Below are positions 29,779-38,487 of a stretch of 64,000 nucleotides of DNA, piece by piece. Numbering within the stretch: the first letter of the stretch is position 1; each line of letters opens with the position of its first letter. The position numbers and the translations under genes were made by a program. Source of the DNA: Pseudomonadota bacterium (GTDB taxonomy: Bacteria > Pseudomonadota > Gammaproteobacteria > Magnimaribacterales > D2472); NCBI GenBank assembly GCA_028344535.1, contig JAOMBK010000004.1:3893-67892 (forward strand). Reading direction: 5' to 3'. The notes beneath the pieces are model-generated. The model was not told the DNA's origin. It did not search any database and worked only from the letters and a program-made list of their open reading frames with translations.

Positions 29779-30738
29779 CTACTTAAAATGATCCCAATTT
29801 TTTATTGAGCCTTTGTTGTTCGTAAGTCTTAATTTTTTACCGCCCATGACGCCAATAGTATGACATTTTTTTTTGCAAGAATTGAGCTTAACTTGAAGCG
29901 CTAATAATTTTTTTGGGGGTACTGTAAATAATAATTGATAGTCATCTCCAAACTCTAAACATTGACTAGAATATTTTTTATCAGCTACAGGTACTTGTTC
30001 AAGATCAAGGTTGCATCCAACCCCTGAGCTCGAAATGAGATGAGAAAGATCTTGAATGATGCCATCAGAGATGTCTATGGCAGAAGAAGCGATGCTTGCA
30101 ATCATGCGACCATAATCTATCTGAGCAGAAGGAAATAAATAAGGTTTAGTTTTATTGTTTAGCTCGCCATTTCGCTTGTATTCTTTTAACCCCATGTAAC
30201 CAGAGCCCAGAGCACCTGATAAACATAATATATCTCCAGCTTGAGCGTTAGATCTCAGCAAGATTTTTTTCTCAGGTTTGCCCAATACTGTTACGCTAAT
30301 CTGCAAAGGACCTTTCACAAGATCACCCCCAATCAATGGAAACTGAAACTCCCTAGAAATTTTTTGCAGCCCTTTTCTAAATGCTTGCATCCAGTCTGGG
30401 TTAAATGTTGGCATTACTAAGGAAAGATTGAAGGCAACAGGGTTACCACCCATCGCCGCTATATCACTTAGAGCAGTTGCAACAGATCGGTAGGCAATTG
30501 ATTCTGCAGGCATAGCTTTTAAAAAATGCACGCCGGCCACAGAAGTATCAGTGCTAATGAGTAATTTTGAATTGGCTGCAATTACAGCACAGTCATCACC
30601 ACCAGCAAGATTAATGCCATTGGTATTTAGATAAGAAGCACCTATGCCTGATAGGTACTTCTTAATAATTGAAAACTCTGAACTTATATTAACTTGGGTA
30701 TCTTTCAAATAAGCCAGTTGCGCCCATTCCGCCGCCAA
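29779..30738 (-). CDS. thiL: thiamine-monophosphate kinase
   Basis: SEFSIIKKYL start region, GDDCAVI, and ATP-grasp-like AIR synthase family motifs. The start is uncertain: TTG 30738 or TTG 30708. Either overlaps the thiolase 3' end. Confidence 0.85.
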   Translation of the reverse strand: MAAEWAQLAYLKDTQVNISSEFSIIKKYLSGIGASYLNTNGINLAGGDDCAVIAANSKLLISTDTSVAGVHFLKAMPAESIAYRSVATALSDIAAMGGNPVAFNLSLVMPTFNPDWMQAFRKGLQKISREFQFPLIGGDLVKGPLQISVTVLGKPEKKILLRSNAQAGDILCLSGALGSGYMGLKEYKRNGELNNKTKPYLFPSAQIDYGRMIASIASSAIDISDGIIQDLSHLISSSGVGCNLDLEQVPVADKKYSSQCLEFGDDYQLLFTVPPKKLLALQVKLNSCKKKCHTIGVMGGKKLRLTNNKGSIKNWDHFK

Positions 30739-31882
30739 CGCACATGGTTACAATACCAAATTGCTTATCTTGATTATTCAGCTCACGAACTATATGACCA
30801 ACTTGTCTTGATCCTGTCATACCGAAAGGATGTCCAATTGAAATTGAGCCACCATTTACATTAAGTTTATCCATTGGGATGCCTAGCTGATCTCGACAAT
30901 ATGCAACTTGAACTGCAAAAGCTTCATTGAGTTCCCAAAGATCAATATCATCAACACTCATGTTGTGAGATTTCAAAAGCTTAGGAACAGAAAATACTGG
31001 TCCAATTCCCATTTCATCTGGTTCACAGCCCATGGTTGTAAATCCTCTGAAGTAAGCCATTGGCTTTAAACCGAGTTCAAGAGCTTTTTCTTCACTCATA
31101 ACCAAAGTGACTGAAGCACCATCTGAAAGCTGTGAGGAGTTACCTGCAGTAACCGATCCATTCTCAGGATCAAAGACTGGCTTCAATGCTGCCAAGCCTT
31201 CTAATGTTGTTCCAGGTCTATTGCACTCATCCTTATCTACAGTGTAGTCAACTTCCTTAGACTCGCCTGTTTCTTTATTCATGAGCATCATCTTTGTATC
31301 CATTGGAATAATCTCATCAGTAAACTTCCCAGCTTCTTGAGCGGCAGCTGTTCTTGTTTGGCTTTCAAAAGCAATCTCATCTTGGGTTTCTCTTGAAACG
31401 TTGTATCTATTAGCAACACATTCAGCAGTGATTCCCATTGGATGATAAATACCAGGATGACTCTCTGCTAATTTTTCATTAACAAAGCCATCCATATTTT
31501 GCTTGCCAGAAAGCATAGTAATTTGCTCAACACCACCAGCTATGACTGTGTCATAGCACCCTGCCATAACTTGGCTTGCAGCCATAGAAATAGATTGCAA
31601 TCCAGAAGAGCAATAACGATTAACAGTTGTACCTCCGACTGTCAGAGGAAGATTGGATAGGACTGCAGCATTTCTACCAATATTATGTCCCATTGCGCCC
31701 TCAGGATTACCACAGCCCATGATGACATCTTCAACCATTTCAGGAGGTAAATTAGGGTTTCTATCTAACATTCCATTGATAATGTGAGCCAACATATCAT
31801 CTGGACGAGTCATGTTAAAGCCTCCGCGATGTGATTTAGCAAGACCAGTTCTTACACTATCTACGATAACTGCTGTTTTCAT
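30689..31882 (-). CDS. acetyl-CoA C-acyltransferase (FadA-like 3-ketoacyl-CoA thiolase)
   Basis: VIVDSVRTGLAKSHRGGF, active-site NRYCSSGLQSI, NEAFA and the C-terminal CVGGGMG. Confidence 0.92.
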   Translation of the reverse strand: MKTAVIVDSVRTGLAKSHRGGFNMTRPDDMLAHIINGMLDRNPNLPPEMVEDVIMGCGNPEGAMGHNIGRNAAVLSNLPLTVGGTTVNRYCSSGLQSISMAASQVMAGCYDTVIAGGVEQITMLSGKQNMDGFVNEKLAESHPGIYHPMGITAECVANRYNVSRETQDEIAFESQTRTAAAQEAGKFTDEIIPMDTKMMLMNKETGESKEVDYTVDKDECNRPGTTLEGLAALKPVFDPENGSVTAGNSSQLSDGASVTLVMSEEKALELGLKPMAYFRGFTTMGCEPDEMGIGPVFSVPKLLKSHNMSVDDIDLWELNEAFAVQVAYCRDQLGIPMDKLNVNGGSISIGHPFGMTGSRQVGHIVRELNNQDKQFGIVTMCVGGGMGATGLFERYPS

Positions 31883-31908
31883 TTTTATACTCCAAAATTA
31901 GTAACGAG

Positions 31909-32226
31909 TTATTCTAAACGATCGTCGTCATTACTTAAAGACTTATACCAATTTGGTATTAAATCTATGTTTAGCTCTTTAGCTTTTGAGAATATATATG
32001 GCAAAGTAATTGGACTAAAAGGCAAAATTAATAATATGCCTAAACCAAGATTTTTAAGAATTTGTTGTAGTTGAGAGTTAGCTAACTCTAATTCACGCTC
32101 AGTAACAGAACCTTCAACAAATTTTAGATACGTATCAAGCATTTTTTTATTTTCACGATTTTCTTCCAAAAAACTCTCTTGAAGTTTGGCAAGGATCCTA
32201 TTAAATCGTTTGGTAAAAATTTTCAT
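31909..32226 (-). CDS. small membrane protein with LETM1-like motif (hypothetical)
   Basis: One central hydrophobic segment. TERELELANSQLQQILKNLGLGILLILPFSPITLPYIF resembles the LETM1 ribosome-binding-domain core (..LVPFS..I.PF.E..LP). The likely start is ATG 32226, one codon inside the track's TTG. Confidence 0.5.
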   Translation of the reverse strand: MKIFTKRFNRILAKLQESFLEENRENKKMLDTYLKFVEGSVTERELELANSQLQQILKNLGLGILLILPFSPITLPYIFSKAKELNIDLIPNWYKSLSNDDDRLE

Positions 32227-32257
32227 CAAAAAAAAGCCCGGAAATAATCCGGGCTTT
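32225..32257 (-). terminator. rho-independent terminator downstream of the TonB-dependent receptor
   Basis: Minus strand reads AAAGCCCGGA-TTATT-TCCGGGCTTT followed by additional Ts, giving a GC-rich 8-10 bp stem. It lies 21 nt after the receptor stop. The T-tract runs directly into the next gene's start codon. Confidence 0.8.
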
Positions 32258-32277
32258 ATTATATCTAAAATGAAGAA

Positions 32278-35157
32278 TTAAAAATTCATTCCAAAGTTAA
32301 TACCAAAGATTTTTGGATCAATGGCAACACCATTCTGGAAACCACCCACAGTTACATCCGTTGAGTAGTATGCATAAATATGATCTTCATCAGTCATGTT
32401 CCTTACGTAGGCTCCAACAAACCAAGCCTCAGAAACAGGAGTATATTTAACAGATAAATCAATTAGACTTACATCCTCAATGTAACCTCGAGGTCTATTA
32501 AATGCAGTACTGTAATAATCATCTCTGTATGAATAATCCATTCTGAACGCCCATGATCCAGCAGATGTATCAACAAACTTAGTTACGCCAAGTCTATAGT
32601 TTAGCTCTGCAGCCATAGGAAGAGAATTACCAGATAAATCTGCTTCAACTCCATCTGTGATTGGACATGGAAGTGTTGTTGAATCTAGGCCAAAGAATGG
32701 TTGAGTACACAAAGGTCCAAAAGATTTAAACACGTACCCAGCATCAGTAGGCGCATATAAAACGAGCGCTCCAAGCAATGCATCAGAAGCAGCTAATCCT
32801 AAGGAACAGTTAGCAGAAGGTGCTGCCTGTCCTACAAAAACCAATGGATTACAAGTTGCTGCCAAAGGCGCAAAGTCTGATAGGAAACCTGTCGCTCCTG
32901 CTGGAAGCGGAAGTTTTTTGGTAGCCTGATTAATGTTCAATGGATCAACAGACTTGAAATCTTCAATTTCTGTGCTTGTATGAGATACAAAACCATCAAG
33001 GATCAAGGTATCAGATAATAATAATGTAAATTCTGCTTCTATACCCTCAATTGTTACATCAGCATTTTGGTTAATTGAAGCACGATTAACAATTTGTGAA
33101 AGCTGGAGGCCTTCATAATCATTGGTGTATGCCGATACATTTAATTGAAGAGCTCCTTCCATGAGAGTACTTTTTAAACCTACCTCAAAAACATTCGCAA
33201 CTTCTGAATCAAAAGTCTCTAAACCAGCTATATCAGTGGTGTTAAATCCGCCAGGCTTGAACCCAGTTGAATAAGTTGCATATAGAAGTTGATTTTCATT
33301 GAGCTGATGATCAATACCAAGCTTGTAAGTTGATTCTTCTGCAGCATAACCTCTAGCTATTGGAGCTGGTTTTACTTTTCCGTAGTAGCCAGCACCTTGA
33401 TTCTGAAGATCAAGCAAAGAGTTAAATGCCTTGTCATTGATTTCAAATTCAGTGTAACGGCCGCCAATGGTTATTGTTGTAAGATCGCTTAGATCAAAAT
33501 ACATTTCACCATATATAGCTTCGCTGCTTCTATTGATATTACTGTCAACATGGAAGTACTGCTGCCATTCAGCTAAATGCATTGGGCCAATACTTGCGTT
33601 TGCATTAGCTATACCCCCATTTTTAGCCATATTTAATGTGTAGCCTTGCGCCTGAGCTGGCGGTAATAATCCTGCTAAGACAAGTTGAGTTGCTTGCGCA
33701 GAAGCAACTGGTAAAGTCTGGAACCAACCCAACCAGAATGGAGTTCCTCCATAAGGAGCTGCATCAGGGAAAATTGCACCAACTGGTCCAGTTGAAACAT
33801 CACTCCAGTAATTCATGTATGGCGTTCCGATGTTGTAATTGGTTTCACTGTCACTAGCAGAAGCGAAAAGACCAAAAGTGAAGTTAAAAGAACCATCATA
33901 GTCAGATGAGAATCTTAGTTCATACTGTTCCCACTCAGACTCATTAAAAGATCTATCCATAGCCTGATCACTTGTATAAGTTTTCATGCCTAGACCTGCG
34001 CCAGCCATGTTGCCTTTAGTTGTATCATAGAAAATATTAGATGTAATAGGACCCATGGCATATGGAACCACTGATACAGAATGATCATAATCAGCAAAAT
34101 CTTCATACTCTCTAGTATGGTATGAATAAGTAAAGACCATGTTCATGGTGTCTGATAGAGCGCTGTTTATTTCAAATACAGTGTTCTGAAGCGTAGCCTC
34201 ATGAGTTGGTTCGAAATCAAGATTAACACTTCTTAAGTCAGCTGAAGGATTATTCTCGTAAATCGTATAGTCTAAGGCTGTGTTCTGAAACTGAATGTAA
34301 GGGATCCAATGACCATAACTACCTGGTGACCAAACAGCATCATTGCCATTTTCATATGGGCTACAACCAAAGAATGTATCTTGTTTACAAAACTGTCTAG
34401 CAGCTCTCAATCTGTTGTCATCTGCTTGAGTTGTTTCATAGATCAAAGTCATGGTTGTGTCATCTGAGTAATCATACTCAAAAGACATCCTTGCAGCTTG
34501 AGTATTCCTATCATCAAGCTTATTGCCTGTATGAGAATTAGTTACAAAACCCTCTCTTTGAAGTGAAGCAAATGCAAATCTTGATCTCAATTTATCAGTT
34601 AGAGGGAGGTTAATCGCTCCTTCCATTCGCAATGAATCGTAATCAGCAACATCAGCTTTTAGGTAGCCACCTGCTTCAGCATCAGGTCTTTTAGTGACCA
34701 TTTGAATCAATCCACCAGTTGTACCAGCACCAAAGAGTGATCCCTGTGGTCCACGCAAAACCTCAACTCGCTCAACATCAAAAAACTCTGCTTCGTAAAG
34801 TCCGCTGGCAGATGCAGTTTGACCATTCCAGAAGTAACCGATACTAGCACTGGTAGAATTACCAACTGCAAAGTTACCGATACCCCTTAGAGTAATACCA
34901 GCACCTGAATAGGCTCCCTTTGCAAAACCTAATGTTGGCACTGCAAACTGAAGATCCTCAAAGTTTTCAATTTGTTTAACCTCAAGATCAGCACCTGTGA
35001 TCGCTGTAATTGTAATCGCAGTATCTTGGAGATTTGTTTCTTTTCTTAAAGCAGTAATCACAACCTCTTCAATCTCACGACCTGAATCCTCTTGAGCTAT
35101 TGTTGGAACTGCACTAAATGAAAATGCTAATAAAAAAGCATAGAAATATCTGTTCAT
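32278..35157 (-). CDS. TonB-dependent outer-membrane receptor (959 aa)
   Basis: Signal peptide, then a plug domain (EEVVITALRKETNLQDTAITITAI, VEVLRGPQGSLFGAGTTGG), a long beta-barrel and a C-terminal aromatic residue (..FGMNF). Confidence 0.93.
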   Translation of the reverse strand: MNRYFYAFLLAFSFSAVPTIAQEDSGREIEEVVITALRKETNLQDTAITITAITGADLEVKQIENFEDLQFAVPTLGFAKGAYSGAGITLRGIGNFAVGNSTSASIGYFWNGQTASASGLYEAEFFDVERVEVLRGPQGSLFGAGTTGGLIQMVTKRPDAEAGGYLKADVADYDSLRMEGAINLPLTDKLRSRFAFASLQREGFVTNSHTGNKLDDRNTQAARMSFEYDYSDDTTMTLIYETTQADDNRLRAARQFCKQDTFFGCSPYENGNDAVWSPGSYGHWIPYIQFQNTALDYTIYENNPSADLRSVNLDFEPTHEATLQNTVFEINSALSDTMNMVFTYSYHTREYEDFADYDHSVSVVPYAMGPITSNIFYDTTKGNMAGAGLGMKTYTSDQAMDRSFNESEWEQYELRFSSDYDGSFNFTFGLFASASDSETNYNIGTPYMNYWSDVSTGPVGAIFPDAAPYGGTPFWLGWFQTLPVASAQATQLVLAGLLPPAQAQGYTLNMAKNGGIANANASIGPMHLAEWQQYFHVDSNINRSSEAIYGEMYFDLSDLTTITIGGRYTEFEINDKAFNSLLDLQNQGAGYYGKVKPAPIARGYAAEESTYKLGIDHQLNENQLLYATYSTGFKPGGFNTTDIAGLETFDSEVANVFEVGLKSTLMEGALQLNVSAYTNDYEGLQLSQIVNRASINQNADVTIEGIEAEFTLLLSDTLILDGFVSHTSTEIEDFKSVDPLNINQATKKLPLPAGATGFLSDFAPLAATCNPLVFVGQAAPSANCSLGLAASDALLGALVLYAPTDAGYVFKSFGPLCTQPFFGLDSTTLPCPITDGVEADLSGNSLPMAAELNYRLGVTKFVDTSAGSWAFRMDYSYRDDYYSTAFNRPRGYIEDVSLIDLSVKYTPVSEAWFVGAYVRNMTDEDHIYAYYSTDVTVGGFQNGVAIDPKIFGINFGMNF

Positions 35158-35286
35158 AATCTTCCCCCTTAAAGTTGATTGTTTGAACTAGTGAAACAAT
35201 GATATACCTAATAGCAAAGGCATTGCAATGGTAATGTGGTTGCTATTTTTATTATATTTTTTACTTATAAGTAAGATAAATTCTAT

Positions 35287-36486
35287 TTATTTTAGCTGTG
35301 ATGAACTCTTGCCCAAAACCTGCCTTGCAACAATCAGTTGCTGGATTTGTTGAGTGCCCTCAAAAATATCAAGAATTTTAGAATCACGAGAAAACTTTTC
35401 AAGCAAATGATCCTCTGAAAAGCCCTGCATAGAGCATATTTCAACGCATTTTAAAGAAATCCTATTGCCAATTCTGCCGGCTTTTGCTTTGCCCATAGAT
35501 GCTTCTTTTGAATTAGGCATTTTGTTGTCCATCATCCAAGCTGATTTATAAACAAGCAATCTGGCTGCTTCTAGTTCTGCTTCAAGCATCTCAAGCTCAC
35601 TCTGTATGGCTGTTTGGGTATGTATGGATCCACCAAAGTTATCTTCATAGCCCTCTTCAGAAAGAAGAGCTCTGGTCATATCAAGAGCAGCTTGGCCAAG
35701 CCCAATAGCCATGCCAGCAACCATGGGGCGCGTATTATCAAAGGTTTGCATTGCTCCGCCAAATGATTTTTTTGCTGCGTTGATGTCCGTTTCAATTTCT
35801 TCTTTGCCGCCAAGCAAATTTTCACGAGGAATCCTACAATTATCAAAAATCAAAGTAGCAGTATCAGATGCTCTGATACCTAATTTTTTTTCAAGCCTTG
35901 CAACAGTAAATCCTGGCGTGCCTTTTTCAACAATAAAGGATCTGATTGCTGTTTTGCCCATATCTTTATTTAAGGTTGCCCAAACAACAACACAATCACA
36001 TCGATCTCCATCAGTGACATAAATCTTTTCGCCATTTAAAACCCACTCGTCTCCTTCCAAAACAGCAGTTGTTGAGATATTTTTTGAATCTGAACCAGCA
36101 GCAGGCTCAGTTATTGCCATGGCAGCCCATCTTTTTCCCCATAAGGCTTTTTGATCTGGGTTGCCAACCGCCATAATGGCAGCATTGCCTAATCCAGTGC
36201 CTGGTCTAGCAAGAAATAATCCCACATCACCCCAACACATCTGCTCTAAAGAGATAACAGCCCAAAGACTTCTTCCGCCCAAATCCATTGATTTAACAGA
36301 GTCATCACCCACGCCGCTTTCTTTTTTTTGTGCTGCAGCAGCTTGATTAAGCTGCTCCATTTCCAAGGGTGGCTCATGCTCTGCTTTGTCATATTTTCTT
36401 GAAATAGGACGCAATATAAACTCTGCGGCCATTCTCATGGTCTCTTGAGTCTTTTGTAATTGATTAGGTAAAAGTGGATGTATCAT
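35287..36486 (-). CDS. acyl-CoA dehydrogenase family protein
   Basis: AITEPAAGSD, GEKIYVTDG, FDNTR and ILDIFEGTQQIQ motifs. I prefer ATG 36486 (GGAG 9 nt upstream, TAA-A-ATG coupling to the upstream gene) over the track start at 36519. Confidence 0.9.
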   Translation of the reverse strand: MIHPLLPNQLQKTQETMRMAAEFILRPISRKYDKAEHEPPLEMEQLNQAAAAQKKESGVGDDSVKSMDLGGRSLWAVISLEQMCWGDVGLFLARPGTGLGNAAIMAVGNPDQKALWGKRWAAMAITEPAAGSDSKNISTTAVLEGDEWVLNGEKIYVTDGDRCDCVVVWATLNKDMGKTAIRSFIVEKGTPGFTVARLEKKLGIRASDTATLIFDNCRIPRENLLGGKEEIETDINAAKKSFGGAMQTFDNTRPMVAGMAIGLGQAALDMTRALLSEEGYEDNFGGSIHTQTAIQSELEMLEAELEAARLLVYKSAWMMDNKMPNSKEASMGKAKAGRIGNRISLKCVEICSMQGFSEDHLLEKFSRDSKILDIFEGTQQIQQLIVARQVLGKSSSQLK

Positions 36487-36487
36487 T

Positions 36488-36988
36488 TTAAACTCCTGCG
36501 CCCCCTTCAAATATGCCAATAGCTCTTAAATTTCTGTACCAAAGTTCAACTGGATGCTCATGGGTAAAACCATGACCTCCAAGCAATTGCACGCCATCGG
36601 TTCCTATTTTCATTCCGTGATGGGCAGCAAATCGATATGTAAGTGATGCCTGCTTATGGAAGTCTTCGCCAAGGTCCTTTAAGGCAGAGGATTTATACAC
36701 CATTAATCTTAAGGCCTCAGTTTCAATTGCCATATCGGCAATCATAAAAGCCACCGACTGTCGGTTTGAAATAGGCTCATCAAAAGCAACTCGTTCATTG
36801 GTGTATGGAACAACATAATCTAGAACAGCTTGGCAAACTCCTAGCGCTAGAGCTGACATGCCGATTCGAGAAGAATCAACAAGCGATTTATAATTAATAG
36901 AGTAATTATGTCCACCAAGTTTCTGCGAAGCATTAATTTTGCAACTAGATAAATTAATTTGTGATAAAGGCGCGCCCTTCAAGCCCAT
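36488..36988 (-). CDS. acyl-CoA dehydrogenase family, C-terminal fragment (downstream of an in-frame TAA)
   Basis: MGLKGAPLSQINLSSCKINASQKLG aligns with the neighbour's KLGIRASDTATLIFDNCRIPRENLLG. It ends 5 aa after the I-F-E-G catalytic-base motif. Confidence 0.7.
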   Translation of the reverse strand: MGLKGAPLSQINLSSCKINASQKLGGHNYSINYKSLVDSSRIGMSALALGVCQAVLDYVVPYTNERVAFDEPISNRQSVAFMIADMAIETEALRLMVYKSSALKDLGEDFHKQASLTYRFAAHHGMKIGTDGVQLLGGHGFTHEHPVELWYRNLRAIGIFEGGAGV

Positions 36989-36997
36989 AAATTCTTT

Positions 36998-37609
36998 TTA
37001 CTCAAGCTCGACGCCCTCTTGATCTTTATTGACGAAATATAGATTACATTCGCCTGATTCATTGGATGCAGAAATTAAAAAAGTCTTAGCCTCATCCGCA
37101 AAAGCAACACCGGTTTTCGATCCATTCAGAATAATTTCTTCACCACTCTCATCCGCAACAACACTTGATTGATATGGATCAGTCGCAAGCAAAGCATTGT
37201 TAATCCCGAGACCCACATGAAAGATAGAGCCATTTACAAGCTCAGGTAAAAGTTCCGCTTTCTGTTCTTCACTGCCATGCTCTGAAATAATTTGCGCAGC
37301 CAACAAAGGAACAGAAACAGACATTGCTAGTGATAGATCTCCATAGGCAAGCGCCTCAAGCGCCAAAGCATTTGAAACAGCATCTTGTTCTAATCCCATG
37401 CCACCATATGCTTCAGGAATAATAAGAGAAATAAGATCTAAGGATTTAATTTTCTCAAGCAATTCATCGCTAGGCCTGCCATCACTCTCGGCTTGTCTTG
37501 CATGGGGACGAAGCTCAGTTTCAGCAAATTTTCTGAGCATGTCCCAGGTCATTTGCTGCTCCTCAGATAAGGTGAGATCGAAAGGATGTTCTGTGTTGTA
37601 GTCTTGCAT
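36998..37609 (-). CDS. acyl-CoA dehydrogenase family, N-terminal fragment (ends at an in-frame TAA)
   Basis: LSEEQQMTWDMLRKFAETELRP and IPEAYGGMGL motifs of the ACAD N-domain. The stop at 37000..36998 is in the same frame as the ATG at 36988, three codons downstream. Confidence 0.7.
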   Translation of the reverse strand: MQDYNTEHPFDLTLSEEQQMTWDMLRKFAETELRPHARQAESDGRPSDELLEKIKSLDLISLIIPEAYGGMGLEQDAVSNALALEALAYGDLSLAMSVSVPLLAAQIISEHGSEEQKAELLPELVNGSIFHVGLGINNALLATDPYQSSVVADESGEEIILNGSKTGVAFADEAKTFLISASNESGECNLYFVNKDQEGVELE

Positions 37610-37772
37610 TAAATTTTTGCGATGAAATTAACCGTTGATTACTTGTAAAAGTAAAACATTGTGTAAAGATGTTAAAGGTATTAATTAGTCAAATCAATGA
37701 CTATTAATATGGCGAATATTCAAAAATTTGAATTATAAGATAAGGCTGATATTGCTAACTAAAGTTTAAATA

Positions 37773-38426
37773 ATGAGAAAAGCAGAGCGAGCATCGATTG
37801 TGCTAAAAATTTTAGAGGCACATTACCCTAAAACTCCTGTACCACTTGATCATCAAGATAATTTCACGCTATTGGTTGCAGTTTTATTATCTGCTCAATG
37901 CACAGATGAAAGAGTTAACAAGGTAACGCCTAAGCTTTTTCAACTGGCAGATAATCCAAGAGATATGAGAACCAAAAGTCCAGAGGAAATATATAACATT
38001 ATTAAGCCATGTGGTTTAGGGCCTCAAAAATCCAAAGCCATACATGAGCTCTCCAATATTTTATGCGATTCCTACAATGGAGAAGTTCCAGAAGACATAA
38101 AGGCACTAGAAAAACTTCCAGGAGTGGGTCATAAAACCGCCTCAGTGGTTATTAGTCAGGGGTTTGGACATCCTGCATTTCCGGTAGATACCCATATCCA
38201 TAGACTGGCTCAAAGATGGGGTCTAACCAAGGGAAAAAATGTCCAGCAAACCGAACAAGATCTAAAAAAAATCTTTCCTCAAGATTCCTGGAATAAGCTC
38301 CACTTGCAAATCATATTTTGGGGAAGAGAATTCTGCCAAGCCCAACAATGTCACGGGGTAACTTGTAAAATTTGCAGAGCAACTTTTCCCAAAAGATCAC
38401 GTCCTTTTTCCCACAAGAAGCCATAG
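37773..38426 (+). CDS. nth: endonuclease III (HhH-GPD DNA glycosylase/lyase)
   Basis: LLSAQCTDERVN, LPGVGHKTASVV (catalytic Lys) and VDTHIHR (Asp). The C-terminus has four Cys with unusual spacing. Confidence 0.88.
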   Translation: MRKAERASIVLKILEAHYPKTPVPLDHQDNFTLLVAVLLSAQCTDERVNKVTPKLFQLADNPRDMRTKSPEEIYNIIKPCGLGPQKSKAIHELSNILCDSYNGEVPEDIKALEKLPGVGHKTASVVISQGFGHPAFPVDTHIHRLAQRWGLTKGKNVQQTEQDLKKIFPQDSWNKLHLQIIFWGREFCQAQQCHGVTCKICRATFPKRSRPFSHKKP

Positions 38427-38487
38427 ATAATTTAGAATAAGATTCTCAAGCTTTTTAATTAAAATTATTAATATTTTGGAGTAACCA

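Noticed and set aside
30724-30732. Short shared motif GCNGAATGG at both inferred inversion breakpoints (30724..30732 read on the minus strand; 43329..43337 on the plus strand), as possible inverted repeats that mediated the inversion
   Set aside because: Only 8 of 9 nt match and the similarity does not extend. A match this short is expected by chance.
35261-35274. 14-bp perfect palindrome TTACTTATAAGTAA between the ACAD stop and the TonB-receptor start
   Set aside because: It is AT-rich, has no flanking T-run for a terminator and no second copy. It could be an operator, but the evidence is too thin to call.
35711-36346. Plus-strand ORFs 35711..36022 and 36161..36346
   Set aside because: They lie antisense within the well-supported acyl-CoA dehydrogenase gene and are shadow ORFs.
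36998-37000. Genetic-code reassignment of TAA as an explanation for the in-frame stop in the ACAD
   Set aside because: TAA clearly terminates many well-supported genes in this window at the expected protein ends (rpsA, cmk, nusB, slmA, aroG, thiolase). A global reassignment is therefore not tenable.
37718-37733. 7-2-7 palindrome ATTCAAA-AA-TTTGAAT between the ACAD operon and nth
   Set aside because: It is an all-A/T dyad apart from one C/G pair, sitting in a very AT-rich spacer. Such dyads are expected by chance, and there is no partner regulator gene.
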